This document shows, piece by piece, positions 44,401-47,288 of a DNA stretch of 47,288 bases (position 1 is its first letter; the number at the start of each line of letters is the position of its first letter). This DNA comes from a virus. Taxonomy: Duplodnaviria > Caudoviricetes. The notes under the pieces were generated by a model. It ran no database searches, was not told where the DNA came from, and saw nothing but the letters and a program-made list of their open reading frames with translations. Made by a program: the position numbers and the translations under genes. The stretch spans positions 1 to 47,288 of the IMG/VR virus record IMGVR_UViG_3300030372_000565. The stretch is one strand, 5' to 3'.

Positions 44401-47288
44401 GATGGCGATGGAACTATAGACCTTGTTGTAGGTACTCTCAATCAAGATACTACTGGTTTAGCAGCAACGGCAACAGCATTGGCTACCGCAAGAACCATAC
44501 ATGGTGTGTCTTTTGACGGCACAGCCAACATAGATTTAAGTGAGGTTATATCCGATACTGTGGGTGCAATGTTCTCTAGTAACACAGAGACAGGTGTTAC
44601 TGTAACTTATCAAGATTCAGATAATACGATTGATGTTGTAGTAGATACTTCAGCACTTACAGAAACACTTACCAATAAGACATTAACGAGTCCAGTTCTA
44701 AACACTGGTGTATCAGGAACAGCCATAAAAGATGAAGATAACATGGCTTCTGATTCAGCTACTCATTTAGCTACACAACAGTCAATTAAGGCTTATGTAG
44801 ATTCACAAGTATCAACAACTGAAGGAATACAGGATATTGTTGGAGCAATGTTCAGTAGTAATACTGAAACAGGAGTAACTGTAACCTACGAAGATGGTGA
44901 CGGCACGATAGATTTAGTGGTTGGAACATTAAACCAAGACACTACAGGAAATGCTGCAACTGCAACTGCCTTAGAGACTGCGAGGACTATACATGGGGTA
45001 TCATTTGATGGGTCAGCTAATATAGATTTATCCGAAGTTATTTCTGACACAGTTGGGGCAATGTTTTCCAGTAATACGGAAACAGGGGTCACAGTTACCT
45101 ATCAAGATAGTGACAATACTATTGACGTAGTAGTAGGCACACTAAACCAAGATACAACTGGAACTGCTGATAACATTACAGTTTCAGCCAATAACTCTAC
45201 AGATGAAACTGTATATCCAGTATTTGTAGATGGTGCTACTGGTTCGCAAGGGGCAGAAACAGATACAGGACTTACCTACAATCCGTCTACAGGTTTATTA
45301 ACATCTACAGGGTTTTCAGGCAATTTAACAGGAACATTACAGACTGCAGCACAAGCAAACGTAACCAGTTTAGGCACACTTACCTCATTGACTGTTTCAG
45401 GTGATGTAACTGTAGATACCAACACATTAAAGGTTGATAGTTCTAATAATAGGGTAGGAATTAAACAGGCTTCACCAAGTGTAGGATTAGATGTAGGAAG
45501 TGTTACAGACGCTATTTTAATAGCCAAAGGAACAACAGCACAAAGACCAACAGGGGCAGCAGGACAATTTAGATACAACACAACCCTAAGTAAGTTTGAA
45601 GGATATACGGACTCTTGGGGAGAAATAGGTGGAGCAGGAACATCTACCTTCAGCACCAACACTTATACGGCAAATGGTTCAACAACAGCTTTCACATTAA
45701 GCCAAGCACCTGATAGCGAAGATAACATTATGGTATTCGTAGAGGGTGTCTTTATGAATCCTAATGACTATGCACTTAGTGGAACAACGCTTACATTAGA
45801 TGCAGCACCGCCAAATGGCAGGAAAATAGTAGTACATCACGTTTCAGCAGCAGTAGCAGGAACAGGAGTACATCAAAACAGTTTCACAGGCAATGGAAGC
45901 ACAACTGCCTTCACATTAGGAGTATCTGCTGATAGTGAGAACAATACACAAGTCTTTATAGATGGTGTTTATCAAAACAAGTCCACTTACGCAGTATCAG
46001 GCACTACATTAACTTTTGATGCTGCACCTGCAAGCAGTGCTGCCATAGAGGTAATGACATTAACTCAAACTGAGATTAATACTTTCCCTGCAAGTGGTAT
46101 ATCTAACTTAACAGAAGTTACACCAGTAGCAGGCGACCATGTGATGATTTACGATGCTACTGACAACGCACTTAAAAAATCAGATGTTGCGGACTTAATG
46201 GCATCATCAGTAAGTATTACTTCATCAGCAGATGCAGTAGCTATGACGTTTGATAGTAGTGAAAACGCAACCTTTACAGGAAATATAGTAACAACAGGAA
46301 CAAAACAAATTCAATTTGGTGATTCAGGAACTTACATACATCAATCAGCAGATGGAGTATTAGACCTAGTATCTGATACAGAAATAGAGATTAATGCCAC
46401 AACCATAGACATTAATGGTGCTGTTGCAATGGACGGAGCAATGACAGGTGGTACTAATATCACTATATCAGGAGAACTAGACGCAGCTACTTTAGATATA
46501 AGTGGTAATGCTGATATAGACGGAACATTAGAAACAGATGCACTATCTATAAATGGTACAGCAGTTACAAGCACAGCAGCAGAATTAAATATACTTGATG
46601 GAGCAACAGTTGTTGTTGGTGAAATAAACGCATTAGATTTAGGCTCAACTGCTGTAGGCACAGCTATTGCTTCTAAAGCAGTTATATTAGACTCTAACAA
46701 AGATTACACAGGTTTAAGAAACTTAACAATTACAGGTGAACTAAATGCAGCTACTTTAGACATAAGTGGCGACGTAGATATTGATGGAACACTAGAAACA
46801 GATAATTTAACAGTAGGTGGAGCACAAGGTAGTGATGGACAAGTATTAACTTCTACAGGAAGTGGAGTTGCGTGGGAAGATGCAGCAGGTGGTACTGACC
46901 CAGACGGAGCACAAACATTTAATGATAGCGGTGCTGCAGTAGATTTCAGAATAGAAGGAGATACTGATGCAAATTTATTCTTTTTAGATGGTAGTGAAGA
47001 TAAAATTGGTATAGGAACTAACGCTCCTACTTCAAAGCTACATTTAGAAAACTCTGCATCAAACGCTGTTGTGCAAATAGGTTTTGAAAATGATGCACAA
47101 GAATGGCGATTAGGAGTTCATGGTGGACTATCAGATGGCTTTCTTCTATATGATAATACCAATAGTGCTTCTCGCTTTTTTGTGGGAACGGACGGAAACG
47201 TAGGCATAGGAACTACGAGTCCAATGACTTTGCTTCATGTTTTTGAAGGAGATGGTTCTTATCCTGATGATGCTAATAATCATCTTGT
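41464..47288 (+). CDS. Giant repeat-rich fibre protein, >=1941 aa, 3'-truncated, absent from ORF track
   Basis: ATG 41464 [11 protein letters not shown]...; frame 1 reads open to window end; [48 protein letters not shown] repeats. Confidence 0.9.
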   Translation, partial: MAISKVSTANTSTINKVVVSDTDAISVITVGTQGLAGAQTLLGATTADESVGSDDIGSTVIYDHANTRWLATTSSNASSLTTKLVGLTFTAGGASVTGVLDEDNLGTNSNTKLATQQSIKAYVDAQVTAQDLDFQGDSGGALSIDLDSEAFTFTGGTGIDTTGSGNTMTFAIDSTVATLTGSQTLTNKTLTSPVFNTAVSGTAILDEDDLSSNSATKIATQQSIKAYVDAQVTAQDLDATTDSGTIAIDLDSETLTIAGGEGIDTSATSNTITIAAEEATSSNKGVASFDGTDFTVSSGAVTVNAERVQDIVGAMFSSNTETGIAATYEDGDGTVDLVIGSGVITNAMLAGSIANAKLANSSITVSDGSNTTDIALGGTVTYAAGEGLDVAESSGTVTFSAEDATSSNKGIASFDSTDFSVSSGAVTLVAERISDIVGAMVTSNTESGIAVTYQDADNTLDFDVGDFDIALTGDVTGSGTVTNLGNVSISTTVAANSVALGTDTTGNYLLEIAVGEGLDVSHTQGEGSTATLSAELATETNAGVATFDGTDFTVSSGDVTINAERVQDIVGAMVGSNTESGISVTYEDGDGTLDFNVNDPTITIDGDIDGSATMTNLGNTTISLTLDTVNSNVGSFGSSTAIPAITVNAKGLITAVSTNNISTSFTLAADSGSNDTFNTGDTLTLSGTSNEIETTVSDNEITIGLPDNVTIGGNLTVTGNYTVNGTTTTVNTATLEVEDPLIKLAKANNSSDSLDIGIYGLYDTSGSQDLYAGLFRDANDSGKWKLFKSLQAEPTTTVNTSGTGYAKATLVADIEGDVTGDVTGALTGNAATATALASARTIHGVSFDGTANIDLSEVISDTVGAMFSSNTETGIAATYQDSDNTIDLVVGTLNQDTTGNAATATALETARTIGGTSFDGTANIAVALAATATALASARTIHGVSFDGTANIDLSEVIQDTVGAMFGSNTETGITVTYEDGDGTIDLVVGTLNQDTTGLAATATALATARTIHGVSFDGTANIDLSEVISDTVGAMFSSNTETGVTVTYQDSDNTIDVVVDTSALTETLTNKTLTSPVLNTGVSGTAIKDEDNMASDSATHLATQQSIKAYVDSQVSTTEGIQDIVGAMFSSNTETGVTVTYEDGDGTIDLVVGTLNQDTTGNAATATALETARTIHGVSFDGSANIDLSEVISDTVGAMFSSNTETGVTVTYQDSDNTIDVVVGTLNQDTTGTADNITVSANNSTDETVYPVFVDGATGSQGAETDTGLTYNPSTGLLTSTGFSGNLTGTLQTAAQANVTSLGTLTSLTVSGDVTVDTNTLKVDSSNNRVGIKQASPSVGLDVGSVTDAILIAKGTTAQRPTGAAGQFRYNTTLSKFEGYTDSWGEIGGAGTSTFSTNTYTANGSTTAFTLSQAPDSEDNIMVFVEGVFMNPNDYALSGTTLTLDAAPPNGRKIVVHHVSAAVAGTGVHQNSFTGNGSTTAFTLGVSADSENNTQVFIDGVYQNKSTYAVSGTTLTFDAAPASSAAIEVMTLTQTEINTFPASGISNLTEVTPVAGDHVMIYDATDNALKKSDVADLMASSVSITSSADAVAMTFDSSENATFTGNIVTTGTKQIQFGDSGTYIHQSADGVLDLVSDTEIEINATTIDINGAVAMDGAMTGGTNITISGELDAATLDISGNADIDGTLETDALSINGTAVTSTAAELNILDGATVVVGEINALDLGSTAVGTAIASKAVILDSNKDYTGLRNLTITGELNAATLDISGDVDIDGTLETDNLTVGGAQGSDGQVLTSTGSGVAWEDAAGGTDPDGAQTFNDSGAAVDFRIEGDTDANLFFLDGSEDKIGIGTNAPTSKLHLENSASNAVVQIGFENDAQEWRLGVHGGLSDGFLLYDNTNSASRFFVGTDGNVGIGTTSPMTLLHVFEGDGSYPDDANNHL
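43940..45170 (+). repeat. Degenerate ~180-bp tandem coding repeats in the fibre gene
   Basis: About four units of [39 protein letters not shown]...TY.D.D.TID.VV. Confidence 0.85.

Larger units (their letters stand above)
1..47288. mobile_element. Tailed dsDNA bacteriophage genome (siphovirus-like, HK97 head), probably nearly complete
   Basis: Terminase, portal, protease, capsid, neck, tail, tape measure, lysis and replication modules all present; no host housekeeping genes. Confidence 0.97.

Noticed and set aside
43940-45170. Possible CRISPR array or DGR repeats
   Set aside because: Repeats are in-frame and vary at synonymous positions; no spacers, cas genes or reverse transcriptase
41442-46700. 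Series of minus-strand ORFs in the track
   Set aside because: Antisense shadows of the giant + strand fibre ORF; no RBS or recognisable motifs
47280-47288. Exact circular closure joining the end fibre ORF to bases 1..1782
   Set aside because: Direct joining gives GTA TAG (stop) and no terminal overlap is visible

Overview
AT-rich, near-complete genome of a tailed dsDNA phage with siphovirus architecture: HK97-fold head, GTA/lambda-like neck and tail genes, and a 602-aa tape measure. The window starts and ends inside very long fibre genes. Order on +: fibre 3' end (S74 chaperone), neck and tail genes with a clear G/GT -1 frameshift, tail tip, GNAT-like gene, three small membrane proteins, then an unusual module of CsgF, CsgG, curlin, FecR-domain protein, curlin and a CHASE2 class III adenylate cyclase, placed directly before spanins, nuclease and GH24 endolysin. 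The early region has a 2OG-Fe(II) oxygenase, replication initiator with probable origin, Cro-like HTH, exonuclease, Sak3-like annealase, SSB-like and HNH-like genes. Terminase, extended portal, head genes and an unlisted >=1941-codon repeat-rich fibre ORF follow. Non-coding highlights are a 15-bp spaced palindrome at about 11 promoter-associated sites and a ~185-nt structured RNA candidate with its own promoter and terminator. No integrase, tRNA or CRISPR array was seen. All calls come from reading motifs by eye; no database search was run.
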